From a virus: a DNA stretch of 64,000 nt. Under the pieces are notes generated by a model, which saw only the letters and a program-made list of their open reading frames with translations, was not told the DNA's origin and did not search any database. The stretch spans positions 1-64,000 of the IMG/VR virus record IMGVR_UViG_3300037882_002640; one strand, 5' to 3'. Below are positions 9,826-19,749 of the stretch, piece by piece; position 1 is the first letter of the stretch, and every line of letters starts with the position of its first letter. The position numbers were made by a program, and so were the translations under genes.

Positions 9826-10243
9826 TCAACTGACTATAACGTCCCCCAATCTTTTGGGGGACAATCAGTATACTAAAATAAATCTATATAAAGACTGCAG
9901 CACTACAGCAGTTACTTACACAGTTCTTCCACAACCAGTGGGCAGTATAGTTCTGAATACTGTAAACTTCTACCCTATAATGACATCTGGAATATATAAT
10001 GTAGAGTTAGTGGTTAAGAATTTAGCAGGCACAGTTATAAAAGAAAGTGACTGCAAGTTCTTAGACTGCACTTCTTTGGAGTGTGGGGTAGTTAAAGACT
10101 TAGATAACACTGATAAGCTAATTGCTTACTATGGTTTAAAAGCTAGTAACGAATGTGCTAACTGCAGTTGCGAAGATATGTGTAGAATTTATGCTAAACT
10201 AACTAACAATGAATGTACAGAATGCTGCGTGTGCACTAAGTAG
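9803..10243 (+). CDS. Cys-rich virion protein (possible crAss-type tail hub/fibre-attachment protein)
   Basis: 146 aa, SGIYNVEL beta motif, Cys-rich C-terminus; function inferred from position only. Confidence 0.4.
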   Translation: MTTELTCSQLTITSPNLLGDNQYTKINLYKDCSTTAVTYTVLPQPVGSIVLNTVNFYPIMTSGIYNVELVVKNLAGTVIKESDCKFLDCTSLECGVVKDLDNTDKLIAYYGLKASNECANCSCEDMCRIYAKLTNNECTECCVCTK

Positions 10244-11477
10244 ACTCTCTTTAAAGTATTTTAAAGATAAAACTTATATCATAGATGTCTGCTCAGATGA
10301 AGTCAAGAAAGCGTTAGGGTACTACCTAGCTAGCACTACTGAATGTGAATATGATTATTCTAAGGTAAAATGTTTTACTGAGGACTATAAACCATGCGTA
10401 AAAACGGAATCAATGACTTGCGAGGATCAGATTACTTTTGCATTAAGTAAAGTATCCACTCCCTGCAACTTTAGGGCAGATGTTGTTAATCCTTTAGATA
10501 ATTCTAAGTATGCTGAACTTACTTTAGTTAACAATCTAGTGTATCAAAATGCTACACTTAAGACTAACTTTATTAATAATTGTAAATTCAGCACTACATC
10601 CACTGTAAACAGTGGATGCTCATCCGTAACCTGTGTTCCCGAGTTTAATCCTTTCTTTGAAACCTCTGTAACCCTGCAGAATGTTTTAACAAACGCTAAT
10701 GGTTTCATAAAGGATATAAGACTGTTTAGAACCGAGAATAATGGTAGTAGCCCTTTAACTGCTATTAGTGTAGATATATCCCCAGCTAATTTTGCTAGTT
10801 GGAATTCCTGTGGTACATGTGTAAGCTTTTACACAGCTGCAGACTTACTATTTGGTAGTGTGAATTTTACAGCCGCTTTAACGGATATTTTGAATAATGT
10901 CGCAAAGACATTACTTGGAGGGAATTTCTCTGAGTTTACGGTTAAGAAATCCGGCAATGATGTTATCATATCTTCTAAGGTTAAACACAATCCTAATAGT
11001 TATTGGGTAGGTATAAACCCTGATTCCTGCTTTATCAGTTGGGTTAATAATGCTAGCGCTCAAACGAATATAGAGTTTGCTCCCCGCTCAACCCTTCTAA
11101 GAGTTGAGAATACTGCTTATGCTAGGATGTATAGTAGTTTATCTTATTATACTCCTTGCGGCAACTACAATTTCGCTGTAGATTTCCTCCCTTTATGGAG
11201 TGTGAATACATCAGCCACTAATATAAACTTCGCCAGTTTACTCTCTAGTAAATCAAATACTCCGTTCACCATCACATATCCGTTGTTACCTTGTTTAGCC
11301 ACTACGCTAAAAGCAACAGTAACTACTAATGGGGTGATAAATACTAGGGCGTGGAGAGATTCTAGTAATCTACTACTATCCTCAACTAACGAAGCTATTG
11401 TGTATTCCCCTGGAACATACACATTTACAGCCACAACTAATAATGGCTGCACACAATCAACAAGCGCAATAGTGTAA
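10209..11477 (+). CDS. Cys-rich putative structural protein with C-terminal Ig/PKD-like repeat
   Basis: 422 aa; ends GTYTFTATTNNGCTQS, resembling Bacteroidota Ig-like repeats. Confidence 0.45.
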   Translation: MNVQNAACALSRLSLKYFKDKTYIIDVCSDEVKKALGYYLASTTECEYDYSKVKCFTEDYKPCVKTESMTCEDQITFALSKVSTPCNFRADVVNPLDNSKYAELTLVNNLVYQNATLKTNFINNCKFSTTSTVNSGCSSVTCVPEFNPFFETSVTLQNVLTNANGFIKDIRLFRTENNGSSPLTAISVDISPANFASWNSCGTCVSFYTAADLLFGSVNFTAALTDILNNVAKTLLGGNFSEFTVKKSGNDVIISSKVKHNPNSYWVGINPDSCFISWVNNASAQTNIEFAPRSTLLRVENTAYARMYSSLSYYTPCGNYNFAVDFLPLWSVNTSATNINFASLLSSKSNTPFTITYPLLPCLATTLKATVTTNGVINTRAWRDSSNLLLSSTNEAIVYSPGTYTFTATTNNGCTQSTSAIV

Positions 11478-11917
11478 TGAAACTTAAACTAGTAAGAAAG
11501 ATATTTTTAGAAGACAGAGTTATCAGTAACCTATATATAGATGGAGTTCTATACTGCCAAGTATTAGAGGATACTGATAGAGGTCTAGACTCTAAAATGT
11601 CTTTAGATGAAATTAAGAAATTAAAGATATGGGGCAAGACTTGTATACCTTACGGTACATACGAAGTCATTATCTCATTCTCTAATAAATTCCAAAAGAT
11701 GCTTCCACTACTGGTTAACGTGCCAGGGTACTTAGGGATAAGAATACATTCAGGTGTGCTCCCTGAACACACAGAAGGCTGCTTACTTCCTGGTGTCTAT
11801 AACAACGGAGAATTCAAAAATTCCAGAATTATGACTACCAAGCTTATCTCCTTAGTAGAGAAAGCGAAAAAGCGAAGCAAAATCACCATTGAAATCACAA
11901 AAGAGGTAACCAGTTAA
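11477..11917 (+). CDS. DUF5675 family putative endolysin (L,D-peptidase-like)
   Basis: CIPYGTYEV...SNKF...LPLLVNVPG..GIRIHSG....TEGCLLPG signature of DUF5675. Confidence 0.85.
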   Translation: MKLKLVRKIFLEDRVISNLYIDGVLYCQVLEDTDRGLDSKMSLDEIKKLKIWGKTCIPYGTYEVIISFSNKFQKMLPLLVNVPGYLGIRIHSGVLPEHTEGCLLPGVYNNGEFKNSRIMTTKLISLVEKAKKRSKITIEITKEVTS

Positions 11918-11932
11918 TGGTTACCTTTTTTT
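11904..11932 (+). terminator. Rho-independent terminator after the lysis cassette
   Basis: Stem AGGTAACCA / loop GTTAA / TGGTTACCT followed by a T-run. Confidence 0.8.
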
Positions 11933-11968
11933 ATTTCTGTAAACTCAAATAACATAAGATATTTGTAT

Positions 11969-12643
11969 ATGAAAACAATAGAGCATGTTTACGCTATAAA
12001 AAATATTCTCTCTAAAGGAGAGGTTTCAGACGACTACTCCTACTCTAATAAATTAATACTTCACTTTTTAGAGGTATCCAGAGCTAGGCTAATCGAAGAA
12101 AAAGCAAATAAGTACCACCACATCTCAGAACAATCTTATTCATCACTTTGTATGGATTTAGAGAAAGGAACTTTTCACAACTGCTGTACTGGCCCTGATG
12201 ATAAGTGCTTATTGAAATCAGTAAAAGAAATACCAAAAACTATAAATACTAGGTTTGGAAACTTAACTAAGGTTACTGACCTAGCTGGTAATGTAATACC
12301 CATGGGGAGTATAACTACAGACTCTTTATCCCAATACTCCATAACAGCTAAGAATAGCACTGTATGGTTTATTCATGATAGTAAACTATACATCAAGAAT
12401 AATAACGATTTAGAGAAAGTGGTTGTAAATGGTCTTTTCCTTAATCCAGAAGATTCTCTGGAAGAATGTCCAGACTCGACAACTATTAACTGTCCTAGTT
12501 ACTTAGATACAGAGTTTCCAATAGATAGTGATTTAATTGACGCTATGTACCAACTCACCCTGCGCTACCTAACACTGCCAGTACAAAAAGATTTAATGAA
12601 TGACGCAAGAGAAAATATGGAAGGTGGTCAACCTCAAGGATAG
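11969..12643 (+). CDS. crAss-like tail ring protein
   Basis: SRARLI, LKSVKEIPKTI, WFIHDSKLYI, EFPIDSDLID pattern and synteny with IHF-like/Ttub/Tstab. Confidence 0.55.
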   Translation: MKTIEHVYAIKNILSKGEVSDDYSYSNKLILHFLEVSRARLIEEKANKYHHISEQSYSSLCMDLEKGTFHNCCTGPDDKCLLKSVKEIPKTINTRFGNLTKVTDLAGNVIPMGSITTDSLSQYSITAKNSTVWFIHDSKLYIKNNNDLEKVVVNGLFLNPEDSLEECPDSTTINCPSYLDTEFPIDSDLIDAMYQLTLRYLTLPVQKDLMNDARENMEGGQPQG

Positions 12644-13040
12644 TTATAAAGACTACAAGGAAGAAGTAGATTATAATACCTATAAGAAAGTTATATATGC
12701 TATGTATGATATCATGATGGACAATATGATGAACAAAGGAATAGTGTATAAATTACCACATAATATAGGTGTTATAGGATGTTTCCAAAGAACTACCTAT
12801 GGACGAGGAGTTATGGATTTTAAACTTCATAAAGAGACTGGAATAAAAAGATATATTAAGAATTATCATTCTGAAGAAAGAGTAATAGTATTTAATTTGG
12901 ATACTTCATACCACTCTGGTATAACTAACCAATTCCGTAAACTGTATAAGTTTACTGCCTCTCGCTCTAGAAAAAGACAACTCGCTAGCATTATTAAATC
13001 AAAAGTAGATATTTGCACCTACAACAATTTAGATGAGTAA
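12600..13040 (+). CDS. IHF/HU-like protein of the crAss structural block
   Basis: 146 aa, basic; YKLPHNIGVI, NYHS, YKFTASRSRKRQLA; directly upstream of the tail-tube gene. Confidence 0.55.
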   Translation: MTQEKIWKVVNLKDSYKDYKEEVDYNTYKKVIYAMYDIMMDNMMNKGIVYKLPHNIGVIGCFQRTTYGRGVMDFKLHKETGIKRYIKNYHSEERVIVFNLDTSYHSGITNQFRKLYKFTASRSRKRQLASIIKSKVDICTYNNLDE

Positions 13041-13731
13041 AACAAATTATATTTCAATAAAGTCAGTATTATTTGACTTAAGTACCTTATTAGAAGATAG
13101 GTACTATAACCAAGCTAAAATGCTTGAATGGGCAGTTAAAGGTTATCAGTCTTTGAAGTTAGAAGATAAGTTCATTAAGAAAGTATTTCACTCTAAAGTA
13201 GATAATCACAAAGTTCAGTTACCTATAGATTTGAAGTTCATACTAATGGTAGCTTTAAAAGATAAGGACAGGGTTAGAGCACTAGTTCCTGCTAGTACAC
13301 AACTAACTATGGAAAAGTGTTTACTTCCTAATACCTGCCATAATTGCAAAACTGACTACACTGTAGATCATAACTTAGTTCTAACCCTAAGTAGTAATGA
13401 AGGGGATGTCTATGTTGAATATTTAGCCTATCCTACAGAGGATGGAGAGTTCTTAATACCAGATCATGAAGATGTAAAGGAAGCTATCGTTAACTATATC
13501 TTATGGAAATACTGGCTATCTAAATCTTTAATGAAAGAACAAGGAGCAGACAATAAGACAGAGTATTTTAGAAACCTATATGTTATGTACTCCAACAAGG
13601 CTTTGTCCTTATCAATGCCTGATGTTGGGCAAATGGAGAACATTAAACGACAGTTTAATTCTTTAGTTCCTAAGGATGATTTCAGTAACCTGTTTGTAAC
13701 TTTAAATAACCAAGAAAATGGAAACAGCTAA
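13033..13731 (+). CDS. Tail tubular/ring protein (Ttub-like)
   Basis: YISIKSV, KVQLPIDL, GDVYVEYLAYPTEDGEFLIPD, EAIVNYI pattern; synteny. Confidence 0.65.
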   Translation: MSKTNYISIKSVLFDLSTLLEDRYYNQAKMLEWAVKGYQSLKLEDKFIKKVFHSKVDNHKVQLPIDLKFILMVALKDKDRVRALVPASTQLTMEKCLLPNTCHNCKTDYTVDHNLVLTLSSNEGDVYVEYLAYPTEDGEFLIPDHEDVKEAIVNYILWKYWLSKSLMKEQGADNKTEYFRNLYVMYSNKALSLSMPDVGQMENIKRQFNSLVPKDDFSNLFVTLNNQENGNS

Positions 13732-16700
13732 CTTACCTATAAAAGGTTTAAATACAGATGTCTTGGAAAAATTCCAAGAAGAAGGAACCTACAGGTTTGC
13801 TTTGAATGCGGTACTTGAAACAGAAGATGGGGATTTAAGGGGGATATCAAACGAGCATGGAACTACTCTTTGTAATACATCCTTTCCAGCAGGTAAGAAG
13901 GTGATTGGTCACGTATTAACTGATACTAGTGATATAGTATTATTTCTATTTGATCCAGCGACTGTACGACCAGCACATGAGATAGGAATACTCAATTCTG
14001 AATCCTGTGTTTACACAACCATTGCTAGGGGGGAGTGCTTAAACTTCAAAAGGGAAAATCAGATAAATGCTATATTCAGGATTAAAGACGGGTGCACTAG
14101 ATATGTTTACTTTACCGATAATTTAAATCCTTACAGAGTAGTTAATATCACTGATACTACTGATTGGGTTAATCAGACAACTAAGAATATTCTTAGCTGC
14201 GATAAAATTAAATTTACTCGTGATGCCCCACCCCCACAGATTACTGGCTATAACTTAAATGGTTACGATAGCGGTGTAGCTGACTTTGGTGGGGTACTGG
14301 AGTATGGAACTTATTCCTTCTCATTTAGATACCTAGATTATGATGGTAATCCAACTGATTGGATTCAACCCACTAGGTACTTCCCTGTAATGACTGGTCG
14401 CCGTAGCGATTTAGAGAATGACAGGACTGCCGCTTTCCACACAGGGGCTGTAAATGTGAGTACAGAAAATGGATATAGACCAGCATCTGGAAAGTCCATT
14501 GCTTTGAATATAAACAGATTAAGTACACAATTCTCCCACTATGAAATTGCAGTAATTAAAAGAGGAGCATCTTCTGGAGAGATTACTGCAGTTAACATCC
14601 TACCTAAGAAGCCTATCCTTAACCCAAGCAATCTATCTTTAGTATCAGATGTGTTTATCTACACTGGTGGAGAGTCTGTAGTATTATCTTCCTTAGAGGA
14701 GATTTTCTCAGAGACTGTTAAGTTGGATAGGGTGGTAGCACATACTCAAGCAGACAATAGATTATTAGTTGCTGGAGTAACTAATCCAGCAAGAGATTAT
14801 ACTGGATTCCAACGACATGCCTCCTCTATAGAAACAAGGTGGCTACACCAAGCACAGGATATCTTTATGGCTAATTCCAAGTCCGCTACTGGATACCAGC
14901 TTTTTAGTGGGTTAATGCATGATGAGGTATATGCTTTTGGAATTGTATACGTGTTTAAGGATGGCAGCACTTCCCCAGTATTCCATATCCCTGGCAGAAA
15001 GATTGACATTACTACCCCTTTACTAGCAGGCAATGTACACATAACCGATAATAACCCGTTAGACTCCTTCACCTTACCAAATACTGACCCTAACATATTT
15101 GATATTAATGTTGATAAGAGGTGGCAAGTGTATAACACTTACACCAAATTAAACAGTACTGCTACAGAAGGGTACATGGGGTACTACGAAAGTAGTGATA
15201 CCAATTACCCAACTAAAGTAATTCCTTGTGATACTAATCCCGATGGATACTGGGGTAGAGATTTTTCAGGTGATTTACTAACGGGTAAGATAAGGCATCA
15301 TAGAACCCCAACATACTCTCCAAAAACAAGTTTGGGTGGTAATTTTGTAGGAGAGCATGACATATGTGGTGTTAAATTTATAATGGATGAAGAGTATCCA
15401 CACTCAGATATTATTGGGCACTATTATGTTAATGGGGATAGAAGTTCAGGAGATAAAACTGTATTAGATGTAGGGGTGTTATCGAGGAGTTTGTTATCTC
15501 CAGATGAGGGATCCCCTACGCTCTTCCCTAATTCCACATTCTCAGACTTGGCAAGTATTATTAACGATAGCAGGTTTAATGGTGGAACTACTACAGAAAC
15601 TAAGGATCATTTTTTCCTATCTAATAAAACTCAGTATTTAGAGAAGATGGAAGAAGGTTCTTATTTAAGAGTATTAGATTTCATCATATCAAAAAATTTA
15701 ACTACTGTGGCCAATGCAAGCGCCCAGTTTTACCCTCCTAATAAAACTGTAGATTTAAATGTAGTTAGAGATTTTGAGCAGGACTGGTTTGCTCGTCCTT
15801 TAGCTAATTTCAACTATGATATTGAAGGCTCTGCTTACTTAGGAAGGAGTGTTAACTACTTAAATCGCACTAGTGTAGGTGGGGTGGGATTCTTTGAAGG
15901 TAATAGTGTAACAACTATAAACGAGGAGAATATGGTTAACCGCTCATCTTCTATAAATCTTGGGGTTGTCTCTTTAGATAGAGGGGTTGTAGGCCCAAAT
16001 ACTACTACGAACTGCTTAGCTAGAGTCGCTATAAAAAGCCATAGAAATGTATTCAATACTCTGGACAAGATTATATACAAAGCACTAGGAACTACCTATG
16101 CTATTAAAGCCCCAGGAGTTACTCTTAATACTTCAATCTATAGCGGGGATATAATAAACTCCCAACCTTACTTCTCAGAAAGTTTTATTGTTGAAAATAA
16201 TGCTAATACATTCTTCTCGGATTATAGTTTCCTAACTGTAATACTCGAATCAGACATCAATACTACAAGTAGATTAAACGATAGGGAGAACAACACATTT
16301 AAACACTTCACTGGTGGCTACACAATATTCGATGCTACTGCTGACTCGTTACTTTCCTATCTAAAAAGTAAGTTACAAACTAGTGGAGATGTCATTACAT
16401 ATGACTACGAAAGGCATTACTACTCTAAAGCATATGATTTTTTCCAGTCTGATAAACCTTACTTCCCATTAGATGAGGACTTTAATGTTTGTAATGAATG
16501 TTATGATGAGGAGTATCCTTACAGGATATACTACTCCCAGCAAGATACCTTAGAGAGTGGTAGGGATTACTATAGGACTATACTTCCCAATAACTATAAA
16601 GATTTAGATGGGTACATAGGGAAGATTACAGACTTATTCACATTCAAAAGTAAGTTGTTTGCTTTAACTACTAATTCATGTGTGATGCTTCCTTTCCGCC

Positions 16701-17878
16701 CACAAGTAGTTCAAACTAATGAGGGAACTGCGTATATAGGTGCTGGAGAATTCTTATCTCTACCATTAGTTCCCCTTAAGACTACTGACTACGCATTTGG
16801 TGGAACTTCCCATTTTAAGTCTAGAGTAATTACAGAGTATGGGGCAGTGTTTGTAGACGACATATCTGGAAGACCTTTTGTAGTGGATGAGAACTTAACT
16901 GACTTATCTTTATCTGGTATGCGGAACTTCTTCCAGCAGGAAGGAACTCTCTCACTAGTAAGTCAGATGAAGTCTAAGGGAATCAACTATAATATCTATT
17001 CTACCTCATCCCCTGTAGGTGTTGGTTATATAACTACCTATGAGCCTAGATTTAAAAGATTAATAATCACTAAGAAAGACTTCTCTATCCTCCCTTCCTT
17101 CTTATCCGCGTTTAGCTTCACAACTACACCAATTAATAATACCTTATCTTGGGATGGCGCAAGGTTTGTTTACAAGGATAACAATGGAGTGCTATCTTAC
17201 CCTGAATTAAGTAACCCCTTCTTCTTTGAGAATAAGTCCTTTACTCTGTCCTTCTCTTTCCTAACTAACTCATTTGTATCTTTCCATAGTTATCTTCCAG
17301 AGTACCTGTTTAATAACTATCGTAACTTCTTCAGTAACTCACTTTACAAGCACACAGGAGACTACCAGTATTACTATGATAGAAAGTATGATTTTGTTGT
17401 GGACTATATTGCTAATCTAAATACTAAGGAGATAAAAACATTCTCTCATGTAACTCTTCGTAACAGAACTTACTACAATGGGTTTACTAATAATACTTTT
17501 GATAGGATATTAGCTTACAATACTCATCAATCTAGTGGGGTTATATTTTTAGATAAGGATAAGAACTTTGATTTGTCCCATAATAATCTGTACTCCCCTG
17601 TAAAGTCAGTGGGCGATACTTATCGTATAAATGGACTAAGAGATAATACTATTAGTAATTCTTTACCAATATGGGACTACTCTTGGACTACTAAGTCTCA
17701 GCAATACTATATTGATAAGTTACCTAATATACTTAACATTAATACCAATCCTAACCTATTCGAGCAACAACGATTAAAGGATTACTACTTAGGATTGAGG
17801 CTATTCTACAAGCCTGTTTATAATGAAAAAATAACTGTGGACATCTTAGATACCACCTATTCAAATAGAAATAGATAA
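13718..17878 (+). CDS. Tail stabilisation/muzzle protein (Tstab-like)
   Basis: 1386 aa; KGLNTD, YRFALNA, YFTDNLNPYR, DEVYAFGIVY, FHIPGR, SFHSYLP motifs of crAss Tstab. Confidence 0.8.
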   Translation: METANLPIKGLNTDVLEKFQEEGTYRFALNAVLETEDGDLRGISNEHGTTLCNTSFPAGKKVIGHVLTDTSDIVLFLFDPATVRPAHEIGILNSESCVYTTIARGECLNFKRENQINAIFRIKDGCTRYVYFTDNLNPYRVVNITDTTDWVNQTTKNILSCDKIKFTRDAPPPQITGYNLNGYDSGVADFGGVLEYGTYSFSFRYLDYDGNPTDWIQPTRYFPVMTGRRSDLENDRTAAFHTGAVNVSTENGYRPASGKSIALNINRLSTQFSHYEIAVIKRGASSGEITAVNILPKKPILNPSNLSLVSDVFIYTGGESVVLSSLEEIFSETVKLDRVVAHTQADNRLLVAGVTNPARDYTGFQRHASSIETRWLHQAQDIFMANSKSATGYQLFSGLMHDEVYAFGIVYVFKDGSTSPVFHIPGRKIDITTPLLAGNVHITDNNPLDSFTLPNTDPNIFDINVDKRWQVYNTYTKLNSTATEGYMGYYESSDTNYPTKVIPCDTNPDGYWGRDFSGDLLTGKIRHHRTPTYSPKTSLGGNFVGEHDICGVKFIMDEEYPHSDIIGHYYVNGDRSSGDKTVLDVGVLSRSLLSPDEGSPTLFPNSTFSDLASIINDSRFNGGTTTETKDHFFLSNKTQYLEKMEEGSYLRVLDFIISKNLTTVANASAQFYPPNKTVDLNVVRDFEQDWFARPLANFNYDIEGSAYLGRSVNYLNRTSVGGVGFFEGNSVTTINEENMVNRSSSINLGVVSLDRGVVGPNTTTNCLARVAIKSHRNVFNTLDKIIYKALGTTYAIKAPGVTLNTSIYSGDIINSQPYFSESFIVENNANTFFSDYSFLTVILESDINTTSRLNDRENNTFKHFTGGYTIFDATADSLLSYLKSKLQTSGDVITYDYERHYYSKAYDFFQSDKPYFPLDEDFNVCNECYDEEYPYRIYYSQQDTLESGRDYYRTILPNNYKDLDGYIGKITDLFTFKSKLFALTTNSCVMLPFRPQVVQTNEGTAYIGAGEFLSLPLVPLKTTDYAFGGTSHFKSRVITEYGAVFVDDISGRPFVVDENLTDLSLSGMRNFFQQEGTLSLVSQMKSKGINYNIYSTSSPVGVGYITTYEPRFKRLIITKKDFSILPSFLSAFSFTTTPINNTLSWDGARFVYKDNNGVLSYPELSNPFFFENKSFTLSFSFLTNSFVSFHSYLPEYLFNNYRNFFSNSLYKHTGDYQYYYDRKYDFVVDYIANLNTKEIKTFSHVTLRNRTYYNGFTNNTFDRILAYNTHQSSGVIFLDKDKNFDLSHNNLYSPVKSVGDTYRINGLRDNTISNSLPIWDYSWTTKSQQYYIDKLPNILNINTNPNLFEQQRLKDYYLGLRLFYKPVYNEKITVDILDTTYSNRNR

Positions 17879-19749
17879 TGAATAAAAAATTAAAATATAA
17901 TACTGGAGGAATGACTCCAGGAACTCAAAGAGACTTATCCCAAGTTCTAGGGGTGGTGTCTAGTGTGGCTCCTATGTTTGGCCCAATTGGTATTGGCGTT
18001 GGAGTAGCTGCTGGGTTAGGTTCCAACTTCTTAGGTAAGAAATACGAAGAGAATGTTAGAGCTCCACACATGGCTAGCTTTCAAGGCTACAGAGATGGAG
18101 GTATGTTGCCACTTAGTAATAACGCACAAGAGGTAGTTACCAATCCTAACAAAGTAGATGCTTACTTTGACCCCACACGTGGAGTTCGTCTTGACGATGC
18201 TGAAGTAATTAAATCTGATTTTGTTTTCTCCAACCGTGTAGTTAATCCAATAACTAATCGTACCTTTGCTAAGGATGCGAAAAGAGTTGAAATGAAGACA
18301 GGAATGGCTGAGAAGAAGAATGAAATTTATGGGGATACTATTTCCAAGAATACTGTTAGTTTTAATAATCAAATTAGTGGGGGTTTAGCTTCTCTACAAG
18401 AGCAGGTAGCTACATCTATGGGGATGAGAGATTCTGCTCCTAGAGGTTATACTAAGGGTGGCCCAATAGACCCACCTTATATGCGTACAATGAGAACTGC
18501 TACTGATGGTATATACTACGACCCCTTTAGCGATACCTTTGTTAAACGCAGTAGCCAGACAGGGAAATACACTCCAGCATTGTTGTCTCCTTCTGATAAG
18601 GAGGCCATCCGACCTACTCCAGAAGCTGTGCAGGTTCATAGAACTACATATGCTAGAACCCCTGTACCGAACAATGTCCCGCAGTTTCCTATACCAGGGT
18701 TACCTATTAATTCTAATTTAAATAGACCACTGGTAGAAAGTAATATCCCGCAGTTCCCAATTTCTGGCTTACCCATTAACCAAAACTTGGATGCGCCCCC
18801 CTCACCAATTCCGAACTTACTAAACTTTGGTTTTGGGGATAATCCTGCAGTGCAAAGCCAAGTTGAGCAGCCCGCTATAAATACCCCACAGCCTGTACCT
18901 AACCCCACAGCAGTCACATCAAGACCTGTTACTAGTGCACGGCCCACCACAAGAACACAACCCCAAGGCACCCCACCCGCTCTTGCGCAAGATCCTGTAG
19001 GCCCCTTCAACATACCCGATCAAGAAGGTGGTAGAAGTTACGCGGCTTACCCTAGGAATATTGACCCACTACCTTTGCCACTTCCAGGACTAGGTGGAGT
19101 TCAAAGCCAAACTAATCCTGTTGTTGATGTCCGTAATAATCTAGCCAACTACAAAACCCCTACTACAGGAGCTGAGGGTGTAACCCCTAAGGCTGGTCTA
19201 GGAACTGGGTTCACTACTGGGGATTACATGCAGTTAGGTGCTGGATTATCCAGACTTGCTTTCTTCCAGTCTCCTGAAGTTGAACGTCAGTATAATGATA
19301 ACACTGACATCACTAAACAGAGTTATGATGTAAACCCAGTACTTGCTGCTAACAACACAAATTTCCAAAACTCGGTAAACAATACTGAAACTTATTCCCC
19401 TAATCTAAGGAGGGCAGTAATGAATCAATTGTATGCTAAGAAATTAGCACAGGATGGGCAGACTATTGGGCAGTATCAAACAATGAATAACCAAGCTGTG
19501 ACAGACTACGAGAACAGGTTGTCTAACCAAACTAGATATAATAACCAGCAAACTATTGGAACTAACGATATAAACGCTAGAAATCGTGCAGCTGCTCGTC
19601 AGTCACAGTTTGCAGCGTTTGACCAGTTAGGCACATTTGGGGTTATGTTAAATCAAAAGAAATCCAATGCTGCGTACATAGAGGCTTTGAAACTTAGGTA
19701 TCCTGATGTTTCTACAAACGTATTAAATTCACTGTTAAATGGTCAATAG
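17878..19749 (+). CDS. Virion cargo/ejection protein 1
   Basis: 623 aa; YxxGG repeats, Gly-rich TM-like segment, FVFSNR..TFA, Pro-rich linker, Asn/Gln-rich helical C-terminus. Confidence 0.6.
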   Translation: MNKKLKYNTGGMTPGTQRDLSQVLGVVSSVAPMFGPIGIGVGVAAGLGSNFLGKKYEENVRAPHMASFQGYRDGGMLPLSNNAQEVVTNPNKVDAYFDPTRGVRLDDAEVIKSDFVFSNRVVNPITNRTFAKDAKRVEMKTGMAEKKNEIYGDTISKNTVSFNNQISGGLASLQEQVATSMGMRDSAPRGYTKGGPIDPPYMRTMRTATDGIYYDPFSDTFVKRSSQTGKYTPALLSPSDKEAIRPTPEAVQVHRTTYARTPVPNNVPQFPIPGLPINSNLNRPLVESNIPQFPISGLPINQNLDAPPSPIPNLLNFGFGDNPAVQSQVEQPAINTPQPVPNPTAVTSRPVTSARPTTRTQPQGTPPALAQDPVGPFNIPDQEGGRSYAAYPRNIDPLPLPLPGLGGVQSQTNPVVDVRNNLANYKTPTTGAEGVTPKAGLGTGFTTGDYMQLGAGLSRLAFFQSPEVERQYNDNTDITKQSYDVNPVLAANNTNFQNSVNNTETYSPNLRRAVMNQLYAKKLAQDGQTIGQYQTMNNQAVTDYENRLSNQTRYNNQQTIGTNDINARNRAAARQSQFAAFDQLGTFGVMLNQKKSNAAYIEALKLRYPDVSTNVLNSLLNGQ

